A stretch of 64,000 nucleotides of DNA from positions 62,930,001-62,994,000 of the forward strand of contig OZ024743.1 in NCBI GenBank assembly GCA_964016885.1, written 5' to 3'. The stretch comes from Eledone cirrhosa. Taxonomy: Eukaryota. The translations under genes and the position numbers were made by a program. The notes beneath the pieces are model-generated. The model was not told the origin of the DNA. It did not search any database and saw only the letters and a list, made by a program, of their open reading frames with translations. This document shows, in pieces, positions 38,831-52,974 of the stretch. Within the stretch, counting starts at the first letter, position 1. Every line of letters begins with the position of its first letter.

Positions 38831-40044
38831 TGTGTTGTGTGTATGTGATGAAAGAAAAATGGTAGAAACAAATTATAGTAGAAGAAAGGGAAGAACGACA
38901 GGTTTGAAGGTGGTGGTGGTGGTGGTGGTGATAGTAATATTAGTAGTGGTGTGTGTTACTGTTGGTGGTGATAATGGTAATAATAGTAGTAGTGATACTG
39001 ATGGTGGTTGTGGTGGTGATAATAGTAGTGGTGTTACTGATTGTGGTGGTGGTGATAGTAATAATGGTAATGGTGTTGGTGACAGTAGCAATGGTAGTGG
39101 CATTACTGATGATGGTAGTAGTGGTGGTAATAATAATTGCAGTGATGTTGGTGATGGTGGTGTTAACAATAAATGCACTTAAGCAGCCGAAGACACTTAA
39201 TAAAAACCAATTTCTACAGGCTGAAGTTGTCTTTAGATGTTATCTTCAAGATGTCTGTTTTCTCAGATGTTTCTAGCAGACTTCGCTACCTCCTCCTCAT
39301 GCCATTCTTAGAAGAAAATTTTATACTTAGTTGAACCAACAAAGGAGATTCTACCTGGTTGACCAATCTGCTAGAAACAATAGCTTAAATACCAGCAAAT
39401 TTTTAGAACAGAAAGAACACAGACAATGCAGTCTAGTTCTACATACCCCCTAAAATGGCTACGGCTGTGTGTATCTGGTTTAGAATAGGCACACCATATC
39501 CCTGGCTGTCATAAGAGGTAACTAAAAAAGTTGGCACCAGGAAGGACATCCAGCTATAAAATACTGCTTCAAAAAGGACCCCAAATAAGTGTGAACACTG
39601 TTGTGGAGCTTGCAAGGCTAACTCCTAATTAAGCAGGGAAAAATGGTCTTTAAACACTTGTGGTTACGGCTACTTATATCTGATTTAGAATAGATATACG
39701 ACATCCCTATGTATCATAAGAAGGGCATCTAGTTGTGAAACACAGCATAAAAAAAGACTATAATAAGTATGAAATCCTGTTGTGAGAAAATGACCTGGAA
39801 ATGTTTGCTGTTTTGGTGGTCATAAATGGAATGTCTTTGATCATAGGTCTGTTTAATCAAAGTTGACCTGCGTCTAAACTAGAATAATCTATACCCAATA
39901 GGAAGTTGAAGTAGATTATATGTTAGTTTATTTGCCTTTCTGTGGTCTGCACCCTTGGCAGCTTCCTAGTTGGCTTAAATGGTAGAACTCGGCTCTACAT
40001 ACAGAAAGTTCCTTTGGAGTTTGTTGACGGAGGAAGTCAAGTGA

Positions 40045-40119
40045 TTATAGAGAAGCTGTTAAAGTTTGAGCCGAGTGAGACAGCAAATCTCTAGCACTAG
40101 AGTTAGTTGTTCCAATAAT
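40045..40119 (-). CDS. Possible terminal coding exon of the host gene (IIGTTNSSARDLLSHSAQTLTASL*)
   Basis: Acceptor TTTCTTTGTCAG|; phase-0 reading compatible with the upstream exons; non-repetitive sequence. Confidence 0.35.
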   Translation of the reverse strand: MIGTTNSSARDLLSHSAQTLTASL

Positions 40120-40889
40120 CTGACAAAGAAATATCCATTCCATCCATCAGAATATGGAAACACATAAAAATCAATGTAAAATAACAAAACTAACAAGAAT
40201 AATAAAAAAATCTTTAAAAGTGTTACATCAATCATCATCGTTGAATGTCAATTTTTCCTGGTAGCAATGTCATAGACAATATCATCCCATCTCTCTCTCT
40301 CTCTCATACACACCAGCACACACACATGTCTGCACACATAATCACGCATATATTTGCATATACATCAATATACAGAGCTACACATACACAGCAGTACATA
40401 TTCACACCAGCACACACACACCCAGCACCCCCCCCCCTCCTCACACACAACAGCACATATTCACACAAAGTCAAACATACACCAGTACACACATACATCT
40501 ATATACACACACCAGCACACAGACACTTATTTGCATATACATACACAAACACCCACCTGTACACACATACAAACACACACACATATATATATGGTCATAA
40601 AATATGCAGAGATGATAGAAATATATTTAATTTCAAACAATAAATAAAACAAATAAAATATAATTTTCCAGAGTGAATTACATTTTTATACTTAATTTCT
40701 TTTTGTCAATATCTATCTTCAACACTGCACATTTTCACAATGACCTGTCCACTGGTAAAGATACTATAAACATTTGAATTAATAAAACCATTTTTAGATA
40801 TTTTCTTTCAAATCATTACAGGATGTTAGAAGACAATGCTGCAAATCTTCACAACAATCTGTCCACTTTTAAAACTAATATAAACATTT

Positions 40890-41134
40890 CACACTATTAA
40901 GTGGTCGTGTAGCTATCACAACAAAAAGCACCCAGTCCACACCGTAAAGTGGTCATGTAGGTGTCACGACAAAAGGCACCCAGTACACACTGTAAATGAG
41001 GCTGGCGTTAGGAAGGGCATCCAGCTGTAGAAACCAAACCCAAATCAGACCTAGCATTGGCCACAACAGGACAACTCATCTAACCTATGCTAGTGTGGGA
41101 AAATGGACGTAATATGGTGATGATGATGATGATG
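40890..41134 (+). mobile_element. RTE-family 3' UTR copy
   Basis: Modular repeats, GGCGTTAGGAAGGGCATCCAGCTGTAG and (GAT)n tail. Confidence 0.8.
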
Positions 41135-43459
41135 AAACCTATTTTCAGATAGAATGTTAAGAGTTAAATAGAAGTGAATAATTTAAATTTGAAATGTCAC
41201 TTGTTTTATGGTTATCATGATAATGATGATTATTTTTGTGTCAGTTTTCCATCGATTAGATAGGTTGTCAATTAGACAGATGAGGGCAACCTCATCTTGC
41301 TTATTCATTCTGTTTGACATGGTTTCTACAGTTGAATGTCCTTCCAAACACTAACCATCTTACAGTGTGTACTTCGTGCATTTTTTGGGGGCACCACACC
41401 TACCACATTACAGGGTGGACTAGGTGCATTTTATTATAATTTTATAATAAAATTATAAAATGTTCCATTATAATTTTATGTATGAACCTTTATGTTATAT
41501 TATGTTCCAAACACCAGTTTGATAATGAGAAAGTTAGTTATATTACTGAATGCCACTAGATTCTTGATTATTTTCAATATGATTTGAAAATAATAGGTAG
41601 TTTCTTTCATTAGAAAAGGTTAAAAAAAGAAAGGACAAATTAGACAATGTTGTGGATGTACAAAACGATAGGAGGGTCAAAGTTGGACATCTGTGATCAT
41701 AGGGTCTGCTTGATTAAGACTGATCTATAACTGAACAGCAACAACTAACATTAATAAGGAGTATAAACTAAGATAGAGTGTTAAATCTAGACCAGATGTT
41801 TCTAAATCTAGAATGGACACAGCAATCAAACCTCCCTCTCACAACAAATTACACTCTTTACCATATTTCTAATGAAAGACACTGCTTTTGGTTTTTAAAT
41901 AAATAAGAATTTGGAAGGATTTAGTATTATAACAAACTTTCTCATTATTAAGATGTTGAACATAAAGTTTCTTACACAACAATTATGATGGAAAGTTTTT
42001 AGATAAATATTGAATCAGAATATTATACAAGATAACCCTAAATTGATAGGATAGTCATGGCTGTTGATGGCTAGGTCAGCTGGATCACAGCTACACAACA
42101 ACTAACACTACCAAGGAAGGAGGTGAGAGCAATAGCATAGAACTTAATAAAATAACAGAGAGAGGTAATAATTGTTTCTACTTTAGGCACAAGGCCAGCA
42201 ACTACCCAGTGCCTCACTGGTACTTTATTTTATCGACCCCGTAAGGATGAAAGGCAAAGTCAACCTCGGCGAGAGAGGTAATAATGATATTGAAAGAGAT
42301 TACCCTCTCTCTCTCTCTTTCTTTAGGTTATCAATACAGACTTTACTACTATAATAAGCTCAGATTTAATAATGCCAGCAGGAGTTTATCCAAGGTCACA
42401 GAGAGGTCAAGCTGCCAAATAGGAAAGCTTTCCTGGCAGAGATAAATCAGCTATCAAACAAAGAAAAAAGAAACCAAAAATAAAACAATAAATAAATAGA
42501 TAAAATAAAAAAAAAAATGGAAAATAAACCTAACCAAGAATGAAGATGTCTTGATTTCACAAGAATCAAGAAGAGTTGATCCAGTGGTTTCTAAAATTTA
42601 CACCACCAAGGGTCCAAATGATTGCCACAGAGTGGACACTGCTAAAGGCACCCAAAGGACCAGTTAGTGGTGTTAAACTGGATAAAGGAAACTCCAGCAA
42701 CCCTTCTTGTGATTTGTAATTAAATGTCTTCTCACACATTTCCCCCTCTACCTTTTGTTTTCTTTCTATGATTCCTTTTTACTGCAAAATAAGCTATATA
42801 TGAATTTGAACTCAGAACATGAAGAAATACCATAAGGCCTCTCATTAGACACACTTGATCCTCTAATAATTCTGCAAATGAACTACTGTAGACTGGTTCA
42901 GAAAGGATGAAAGGAAAAGGTGACATTGGAGGAATTTTAACTCAGAACAAATAACAAAAGGCATTTTTTTTTCAATCAAATGGCCAGGACCCAGAGGCAG
43001 AGGGTAAGTTAGTTGGAAGTGGATGATACATGGTTGAATAGCAAAAATGGAATCCCTCTATATAAGTCTAACCCTTGCTAGCAGAGAAAACAGATGTTAG
43101 ATGATGATCATTATATATATATATATATATAAACAAGGCTGTTATTGTCCCAACCAGTCTATTCACTATCGATAACTACCCTAAATATATATACACCTAT
43201 ATACACCATTTACAAATATATAGAACAAATGCAAGCTATCATTGAATGCCCTATACATAGATAATACACTCGGAAAACAACAAACCCAGCAATAAACAAA
43301 ACATCTAGTGGACAAGACTGTCAGATTCCAAACTTGTAAAAATTACATTCATAAAAACTGAGCCAATTATGAAATAAAAGTCTATATTAGAGCTAAAACA
43401 TCATCCACATATCCCAACCCCTAACTTGCTCTAGATGTGAGTATATATATATATATATA

Positions 43460-43860
43460 TTGGTACCACAACATCCAGTCCGAAACAAATGAGGTCATGT
43501 AGGTGTCACGACAAAAAAAACACACAGTCCACGCTGTAATGTGGCCGTGTAGGTAACACGGTAAAAACCTCCAAGTACACACTGTAAACGTGGTTGGTGT
43601 TGGGAAGGGCACCCAGCCGTGTAGGTGTCACGACAAAAAAACACACAGTCCACGCTGTAATGTGGCCGTGTAGGTAACACGGTAAAAACCTCCCAGTCCA
43701 CACTGTAAACGTGGTTGGTGTTAGGAAGGGCATCCAGCCATAGAAAACCTGCCAGACAGTCTTATACGAGCAGGACAACCAATCTTGCCTCAAGTGGGAA
43801 AACTCCCGTCCAAACCCATGCAAGCGTGGAAGATGGACATTAAACGATGATGATGATGAT
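43460..43860 (+). mobile_element. RTE-family 3' UTR copy with ~122-bp internal duplication
   Basis: Block GTGTAGGTGTCACGAC...GGGCA.CCAGCC present twice; (GAT)n tail. Confidence 0.87.
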
Positions 43861-43892
43861 CATCATCATACGTCTGCTTTTCCCTGCTTGCA

Positions 43893-43930
<38 letters not shown>

Positions 43931-45039
43931 GAAATAAAGTTTCATACACTTAACATTTAACATGTATATGTGACTATTGCTTTGGGGTCAGTTTGGAAAA
44001 GCCTCCTTCAATATACAGTGTTGGCCATAACTGGACCTCCGAAACCAATGGTAGTACATACATGTTAAGTGTATGAAACTTTAGTATAAATATGCTCTCT
44101 TGTAATAGATTGAGTATTGTTTTCCTTGATCTGTTATCTACAGATATCCTACATATACATATATATATATATATACCAGTTGGAAACGAACAAATAATGT
44201 GTGCCCTATTTAGGGATTACAATACCAATTGAACTTCTGTCTTTTCAATTGGTTGAATAGATCAATAACAGCTCAGCTGAGGAATTTAATAATTAATTTC
44301 TTTGTATAATACACCAGTATAATTAATACATGTAAATAACTGACATTTGTAGTAGTAGTAGTGTGCTAGACCAGGTCAACATATAGGATGAACACTTATT
44401 GATAAAAGAGAGTCTGGTCATCACCATACTGTTATATTTTTTTCTGCCACTATACAGCATGGGGGAACTTCCAGGAACTGAAGAAAATGGTGTACAGTGC
44501 ATATGTGAGAAGTACTATGATTTATGGGAGCAAGACATGGGTGATGAACATAGTGTGGCAGAAAAGAACAGAAGGGAAGAAAGATGTATACAGCATATGT
44601 GAGGAGTACCATGATTTATGGGAGTGAGACAACAGTGATGAATGTGAAGCAGGAGACTGGAGAGAATGGAAACAAGAATGAAAACGGTCCAGTGGATGAG
44701 TAGGATATTCTTGAGAGAGAAAGAAGGGGGAGAAAGACAAACAATGAATTGCAGAGGATGATGGGTATAAAGCCAGTGATGAATAATGTAAAGAGAAATG
44801 GAATGAGATGTTTGGGACATGTGTTGAGGAAGGATTAAAGAGACTGGGTGAGAGAAGTGATGGAAATATATGTGGAAGGTGGATTACTAAGAAAGACATA
44901 GCAAAAGAAGATAGTGATGGAAATGTAAGCAGGGAATAGGGTAAAATGGAGAAGCAAGTCAAGAGTCTTTAGATGACTGTAACCTTTTCATAACCATATT
45001 TCTAATGAAATACACTTTATTTCAATGAATTAATCATTT

Positions 45040-45400
45040 CATTATAATAATGAAAATTATTGTGTATAGTGTTCAGGTGCACCTCAACTCATCGAAAGTG
45101 CATGTATAGTACATAGAATAATGTACAAATGTCAGGAAAGTGCACAGTGTATGAGTCAGGATATACACACACACACACATGTGTGCGTGTGTATGGAGGG
45201 GGAATATCAGGTGTAGTGTTAGTGAATTTCAGGAGGCATTGAAGTTTTGAACGATGCAGTGTCCTGACAGCTAACAACTGTGGCAGGTAGTTTGTTCCAT
45301 GCTTCAGCAACTCCGAGCATGAAACAATTTTTCTGAAAGTTATGGGAGTTGTACTGTTTTCTGATTTTGTAAGCATGTTCTCGGGTATTAGACACATGGA
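45040..45400 (-). mobile_element. CR1-clade LINE 3' fragment nested in a MITE
   Basis: Reverse complement of the 3590-3940 family; MITE halves at ~44980-45040 and ~45400-45544. Confidence 0.85.
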
Positions 45401-48017
45401 ATTACTAAGATAGTAATTTAATGTAAGTTTCTTATATAAAATTATGTTTGAAGATTTTAATTTGTATTGGAAACCTTTAAAATGGGTGGTTTTATTTCAT
45501 AGAACCAGAGCTGGTTTTGGCTGGGTTGGTAACAAAAGGTTTAAAACATTTGTTGCTGTACTGCATTCTTAAAACAGAAGTGTGTGATTCAAGAAAAATC
45601 TAGCTGCTATTCCTTGTATGTCATATGGCAGCAGGGAGATAACCAATCAAATATTGTAGTACAGGTCAATTTGTAACATCACCATCACCAGGAAAAAGAA
45701 GATGCAGATGATCTCTCTCTACTGTCACATCACTAGCTGCTACAAGCATCTTTGTCTTCTAGCACATCAATTGCCCTGTAGAATCTACTGTCTCTCTCTT
45801 TCTCTCCGCGCGCGAGTGCGTGTGTGTGTGTGTGTTGTAAATTCTATCAGTTCCAATGAGTGTTCCAGTTGTTCAAACAACAGAACAGCATGCTTGTGAA
45901 ATTAATGTGCAAGTGGCTGAGTATTCCATAGATATGTGCACAATGTTGTTCACAGAGAAATTCAGCATAACATAGTGTATGGCTAGCTCTTTGAATTACA
46001 CGTATAATGCAATTGTGCCAGCTGAGTGAGCTGGAGTAATGTGAACTGCAGTATCTTACTGATGTATGCAATGTGCTGTTGGGAATCAAGCACATCACCT
46101 TACGATTGTTAGTTCAAACACCCAGACCACTAAGCCATGCACCTTCATAGAAGCATGTATATTACAGCCAAAGATGACTATGTTGCAAATATTACATGTA
46201 TGTATATTGTGGAACATCTAGTCTAGTGCAACAAGACCCTAAACTATTAGTAGGGGCTGACTGAGAAACATTGCCACCATTTACCATGAGATGTGGCCAT
46301 CTATAATGCAGAAGTACATCCCAAATGTTGATGCCGGTCTTTACATTTATTTTACCATATTAGATAAGAATGATCTACATTACTTCCATATTCTCTTATT
46401 ATCTTAGAATATGAACTGAGAGAAAAAACTGGGCATAAAAGGAATCACATATAGCATGCAGAAGAGAAGATTGCAATGGTACAGAAAAACAATGCTTACG
46501 ATTTTCAAATAATTATGAAAATAATCAAGATTTTTTAGGGATTTAAGAAACTTTCTCATTGGAATGGATTTCTATTGGTTTTGATAATGAGTGTTCAAGT
46601 TGTTTGATCAACAGAACAGCCTGCTCATGAAGTAACATGTAAGTGTCTGAGCTTTCCTCAGATACATATACTGTTAATGTAATTCTCAGAGAGATTCAGT
46701 TTGACTCAGTGCATAACAAAGCTGGACTTTTGAGTTACAGGTACAGTTCATCTGATGGGTTTCCAAACAGTTTGTACCTACTCTATTTCACTTACCAGGC
46801 ATGGTCAACCATGACACTTGCCCAAGATTCCATACAATAGCAGTGAACCAGGGACCTAATGACTGTGAAGTGAACTTCTTAACCATTTGGCAATGTTGCA
46901 CGCACAAAACTTTCTCATTATTGAGTAGATGTTAGGGTGGTGGACTGGCAAACAAAATGTCTCACAGTAGTTAGTTTTTTTGCAGTTCAAATTTGCCTTT
47001 CACCCTTCTGGGATCAATAAGATGAAGTACCAGTCACATATTTGTGTCAATGTAATTGATTTCCCCACTCCCACAAATAGTTGGCCATGTGTCTAAATGA
47101 GAAACCATTAAGAAAGGTTCTTACATAAAATTAAACACTTTAAAACAAAACAGTCTTATATTGTAAAACCAGGGGCAATTTCAGATGGTTTGGTATCAAA
47201 AGTCTTTAAACTTCATATGAATTCCCACAGGCTGAAGATTGCACTATCACGCCATGAAAATATTTCCTTAGAAGCTCCTGAACATACAGCAAGTAGTAGT
47301 AGCAGTAAGGGTGATGGTAACATAGTCTCTTTTATATTGAGTTTTAAGGTTTATTCCTCTCATATATATATATATACACACATACATATTTATATCTCTC
47401 TATCCCCTGTCTCCGTCTCTCTCTCTCTCTCTATACACACACATATATATATTTCCTGGCATTTGAAGTTGGCAAACACCCAAACATGTCGTAATATAAT
47501 ATAACACAATCTTTTTTAATGTATATTTCCCTATTTGTTACAAAGTTACACAATCAGTAATGGAAATTGGAGTTATTTCAATAGCTTCCCAACATGTTAC
47601 TTGTTAGCCTTAGCAGAGAGAAAACAGGGTGGAAGGCCATAGGGTGGGCTAGTCTATTAGAAATAAAGACATGATATGGTTGGAAAACTTTCATGTAATA
47701 CACAATAATAAACACACACACATGTTAAAATTGAAACAGGAATGTAGTGCTCATATTCTTTTGAATAGACTTGAGAGTAAAATGGTGGCTAAAATTTCAT
47801 AAATATAGACATGGCGCTGATAAGAGGTAAACATGTTTAGCAGTTTATTTATAGATTGCAGGAAATTATTATATATTTAATTTAATTACATATATATTTA
47901 TATAAAACTGAACCTTTAAGGTTCAGGATGTACCTCTCTGAGGTGACTACCCTGTTAGCTTAATGATAGTGACAGCTCTATGTACAGAATAAATATTTGG
48001 AGACTGCTTCACTTTAA

Positions 48018-48224
48018 CCCTTTAGCATTTAAATTACTCTATATATATACTATTGTATTTTTGTGGTAAAGGCTTTACCTCACATAAGATTGATTCTATG
48101 AGATTTTGATATTTATTTTGAGAACAATACCTTAACATCAGTATGAGTGGCCAGTTACAACCAGTCTGAACAGAAAGAGGTGAGAGAATTCTGGCCAGAT
48201 ACAGTCAGTTTAAATGCTAAAGGG
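48018..48224. mobile_element. piggyBac-type MITE (207 bp)
   Basis: TIRs CCCTTTAGCATTTAAA / TTTAAATGCTAAAGGG with TTAA TSDs (48014-48017, 48225-48228). Confidence 0.88.
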
Positions 48225-48417
48225 TTAAATAATAGATATTTCTGAAAAGTGGAGAAAATACCTGGATATGGATGGGCTCTGCCATGTTTAAGTGTCTAAT
48301 ACACGGTGAATGTGATGAAGGTGCCCCTAAGACTCCACAAGGAGTTAAGGGCTGATGGATGGATGGATGGATTGATTGAGAAGAGAAAAAAAAAAACTAT
48401 GCCGAACTTGAACTTAC

Positions 48418-48711
48418 CTTCATATATTGTATTGAATTGCCATACAGCTGTTTGGCGCTATCAAATGTGTCAATGTTGTCAGAGTGAATAACAGGCATAG
48501 AGGAATCTGACAGCAGTGCATCTTGGTTGAGGGCTTCGGGTTGGGGCTCGACACTTATGTCATTTATATCATTAGAGGTATCAGGGCTGCTTTGTGCATC
48601 ACACTTCTGTAGAGGAATCTTTGAATTTACGGCAGGAGATTTGGACAGTAAAGTGAGCGACTTTCTTTTGACAGGGACCGGTGGTTTGGCTCCTAGTGGT
48701 GGCTTGGTGCG
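48418..48711 (-). CDS. Internal coding exon (294 bp, phase 0-0) of unidentified host gene; Pro/Ser-rich, probably disordered
   Basis: Acceptor TTTTGTACAAACAG|, donor AAG|GTAAGT. 98 open codons RTKPPLGAKPPVPVKRKS...YGNSIQYMK; non-repetitive. Confidence 0.8.
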
Positions 48712-50176
48712 CTGTTTGTACAAAAGCAATACTAATAAAGGAAAGGAGTGGAAAGGAAAAGAGCAGATCATCAGATCAGACCAAAAATAAAATGTTTCCA
48801 TTGGTCTTTCTATTGCTGATATTATCTGCTGCTTGCAACTCCTGGCAGAAGCCTCACCATATTTCTGGTGACAGGAGGCAGAATTTGAACTCTGAATGCA
48901 AAGGATGAAAAGCAATGTTGACATCTCGGTGGAATTTGAACTTAGAAAACAGAGAACTGAAATAAATGTTAATTCAATGCTCTAATGCCTATCTGCCAGT
49001 TGAAACTCCTGGCAGAAGCCTCACTGCCTTTCTGGTGACAAAAGGCGAGATTTGAACTCAGAATATACAGAGCTAGATCAGCTACTGTTAGGCATCTCAT
49101 CCAGCTCTATTTAACAATTCCACCAATCCGCTGACTTAGGACTGGGACTTTATAGACCCCATAAGGATGAAAGGTAAATTTAACTTCGGCGAGATTTGAG
49201 CTGGATCAAATACTGAGGTATTTAATCAGAAGCTCTAACAACTGTGCCAATTTACCACCAAATAAATACTAATAAACAATTAAGTAAATGGCTGAGTATT
49301 CCACAGACACATGTACCCATAACAATGTAATTCTCAAGGAGATTCAGCCTGATACAGTGTGTAACAAAGCTGTTATAAATGGTTTCTGTCTACCCAATTT
49401 CACTCATAAGGTTTGGATCCACATGGTGTTATGGTAAGTGACATCAATCCAAGATACTACGCAGTAGGATTGAACCCTGCACCTTATGATTGCAAAATTC
49501 TGCATCCACATCTATTTAGGTAGCTTTGAAGCCATTTACATTTACATAATGCAGCATTTACAATACAAGAACAAACACTTTTTATGGCCATTTTCCATGG
49601 TAAAACAGTGGTTAGCCTTGTTGGGGCCAATCACAAGCTTTATACTCATCAAGTATTCCTTTTTGATTGCAAAGCAAACTTTTTAACCACTCAGCCATAT
49701 TTACAGTGATCATGTAATATTACTAGTAGTAACTATTATATAGTTTTAACAGCAGCTCTGGATTGTTAAAGGGTAAACTCATTTACACGAGGGTTTCAAT
49801 TAGAAAATATAGTGTGGACAAGAATGGGTATACCAGTCGTGGATTAAAGTGTGTGTGCCTAGGCCCATAATATTAAAAATTAGTATTTTTGCTATCATAA
49901 ATAATATATTATATATACTTATATACGTTTACTTATCTTTGTAATTTTTAAAATATAATAATATACAATAACATTACTTACAATTGGTATTTGAGACTCA
50001 GAAGGACTTGACTCTGTTTGGTTTTGGATTAATGTGGCATTTTCACTTTCCACTGTTAAACTCTCAGGTTCCTAATGGATAGCAGAGAAAAGAAACAACA
50101 AAATTTACAGTTTACACTTGTGCAGGTTTAGCTGGTCTTTTATTAGGATGCATCTCAGGTTTCTTGAGTGTTTTAA

Positions 50177-50395
50177 CCCTTTAGCATTTACATTACTCTA
50201 TATTTACTATTGTATTTTCGCAATAAAGGCTTTACCTCACATAATTATCTCACACAATATCAAATCTATGAGATTTTGATATTATTTATTTTGAGAACAA
50301 TACCTTAACATACATATGAGCAACCAGTTATGGCTGGTTTAAACAGAAAGAGGTGAGAGAATTCTGGCCAGATACGGCTGATTTAAATGCTAGGG
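50177..50395. mobile_element. piggyBac-type MITE, second copy
   Basis: Colinear with 48018-48224; right TIR damaged. Confidence 0.8.
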
Positions 50396-50759
50396 TCCCC
50401 AGTCCTATCATGAAAAGCAATATGAAATGAAATGTCTTGTTCAAGAACACAATACCCTGCCCAGGTGAACAATTGAACACAAGTCCAACATCTTAACCAT
50501 TAGGCCATGTGTCTTCACAATGGATAATAGACAAACCAGAGAGGTGATAGGTTTCATTTGAATTAAAGGTCTAACAGTGTCAGCAAAAAAACAAATCCAT
50601 TATATTGGAACTGTTGTATATTTCATATCAGAGTCACATTGGAAAGGGGATGGTAAGAGTATGTGTGAGATAAACACTTGTGGGTTGTTTGCCACATAAC
50701 TACGACAACCATCATAATGAAACAAAATCAACCCAACATTATCATCATAAAATGATAAT

Positions 50760-50873
50760 GTTAATGAAAATTATTGTGTACAGTGCTCAGGTGCACAACA
50801 ACTCATCGAAAGTGCATGTATTGCACATAGAATAATGTATAAATGTCAGGAAAGTGAACAGTGTGTAAGTCAT

Positions 50874-50908
<35 letters not shown>

Positions 50909-51070
50909 ATGCGTGTGTGCGTGCAAGATGGACGTTAAACGATGATGATGACATGCGTGCGTGCGTGTGTATGAAGGGGGAATATCAGGTGTAGTGTTGG
51001 CAAATTTCGGGAAGCATGCAAGTTTTGAAGGATGTCGTGTCTCGACAGCTAACAACTGATGCAGGTAGTT
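50760..51070 (-). mobile_element. CR1-clade LINE 3' fragment
   Basis: Same family as 3545-3940; carries a 27-bp RTE-tail insertion at 50924-50950. Confidence 0.82.
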
Positions 51071-51164
51071 TTCATCAACATTATTACTGCTGCATTCTAA
51101 TCAGAACAGACATCATAAGTAACTTTCCACAGCAACTAAGTGGATTATTGACAGCTAATTTTCA

Positions 51165-51609
51165 ACCCTTTTGATACCAAACTGCCTGTAACTGTCTCTG
51201 TCTCTATTATATATAACTGTTTGTTTTAACTCTTAACATCCTGTACCACATGAAACCCCATTAGCATGGCATTTTTCAAAAGTACAAAACAGCACTACGA
51301 CTGCATTGTATTAAAAATTAGTCTTTACTCTAATATTGAACATTTTTTACAACAATCTGTCCACTAGTAAAGACAATATAAACATTTGAATTAAAATTCT
51401 CCGAATTTTAAATACTTTCATCATTAGAGGATGTTAAGAATTAAAATGTTTATATTTATCTAAAAGCCTTCCATCATAATTTTATGTAAGAACTTTTGTT
51501 AAGTTATGTTCTAAACACCAGTTTAATAATGAGAAAGTTAGTTATATTCCAAAACCCCTCCAAATTCTTGGCAGTGCTTTCATTAGAAATATGGTAATGA
51601 AAAGGTTAA
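51165..51609. mobile_element. Nested piggyBac-like MITEs
   Basis: Outer AACCCTTTTGATACCA...TGGTAATGAAAAGGTTAA; inner TTAACTCTTAACATCC (51227)...GGATGTTAAGAATTAA (51444). Confidence 0.6.
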
Positions 51610-51855
51610 AAGTGTTTATATTTATCTAAAAATCTTCCATCATAATTTTAAGTAGGACCTTGTGTTAAGTTATGTTCAAAATAATCTCTTAAAATTCTTG
51701 ATTATTTTCAAAATTATTGGACCGTCATAGGCAAGAAGAGAATAGAAATTATATGTGAAACACACTTAACTAGTGGGATAATGATGGAACTAAACAGTGG
51801 TTAATAAATGAAGGGAAAGACAGTGAAAAAGTAAAAAAGAAAAAAAAATACTCAC

Positions 51856-51945
51856 TGCATTAGGGCCTGGCATCCTTTGAATAATGGGACCAACATCTGG
51901 CATTCTAAGGATTACAGTAGCAGCTTCTAGAGTCACACTCTCCAT
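51856..51945 (-). CDS. Coding exon (90 bp, phase 0-0) of host gene: MESVTLEAATVILRMPDVGPIIQRMPGPNA
   Basis: Acceptor TTTTCTGTGTTATATAG|, donor GCA|GTGAGT; open frame; length a multiple of 3. Confidence 0.72.
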
Positions 51946-51981
51946 CTATATAACACAGAAAATACTCAGACTCATCAATAA

Positions 51982-52083
<102 letters not shown>

Positions 52084-52974
52084 TTTAAAATATTATTTGT
52101 CAGTATGACACAGCTCAATGCCCAGAAGATATTTTAATCTTTCCAAAGCAGATAGTTTTGTTACATTTCTTTTCATAGTTTTCAACATTGAAAATATACA
52201 ACATAATTACTCTTGTTGTGAAGACAGTTTTGGATAATAATACCAAGCTGTTTATTTTACAGAGTTTATCATCCTCATCATCATCATTTTTACATATGTT
52301 TCTCCATGCTTGCATGGGTTGGATGGGTCCTTTTCAGTACAGCATCTCTTCACTCGCTGCATTCCTTTGTCAGTTCTCACCACCTCTGCTCAGTTTTTTC
52401 TTTGTTTACTGCTACTGTGGCTTCCCTCCACTGGGATTTCCTGGCACTCCTTCACCTAGCGATACCCATTCATGTACATCACATGTTTGTATCAATGCAG
52501 TCTTCTCTCCTGCACACCACCTTGGATTCCACTTAAACCCAGTTTCTCACTATATTTATCTAAAACCCTTCCATCATAATTTTATGTAAGAACATTTAAG
52601 TTATGTTCCAACACTAGCTTAATGAGAAAGTTAGTTATGTTACTTAATCCTTCTAAATTCTTGATTATTTAAAAATAATTTGACAAATTATTTTTAAATA
52701 ATCAAGAATTTAGAAGGATTTAGTAACGTAACTTATATCATTTGAAATATGGTAACAAAATAGTTAACATGGGAATTAGGAGCGAGCCTATTTTGATTTT
52801 CAGTTTCCTTACTCTTTCTTCAGACACGTTGTAGGAGCTTTATACTTGCAAGTAAGCCTTAAGCTTAGAGTTAGATAATTTGGCAAACATTAGTAAAATT
52901 TATTATGCTTTTTACATTTCATACATTTCATGAAATGTAAAAAGCATAATAAATGTATTATGCAGGATGTAGTG

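Noticed and set aside
42326-42451. Exon-like unique island with acceptor-like signals on both strands
   Set aside because: No convincing donor, short frames ending in stops, strand ambiguous.
43935-44083. Inverted repeat with GAAACCAATGGTA hammerhead half
   Set aside because: Arms are diverged and no intact CTGANGA core is in register; at most a decayed Penelope-like relic.
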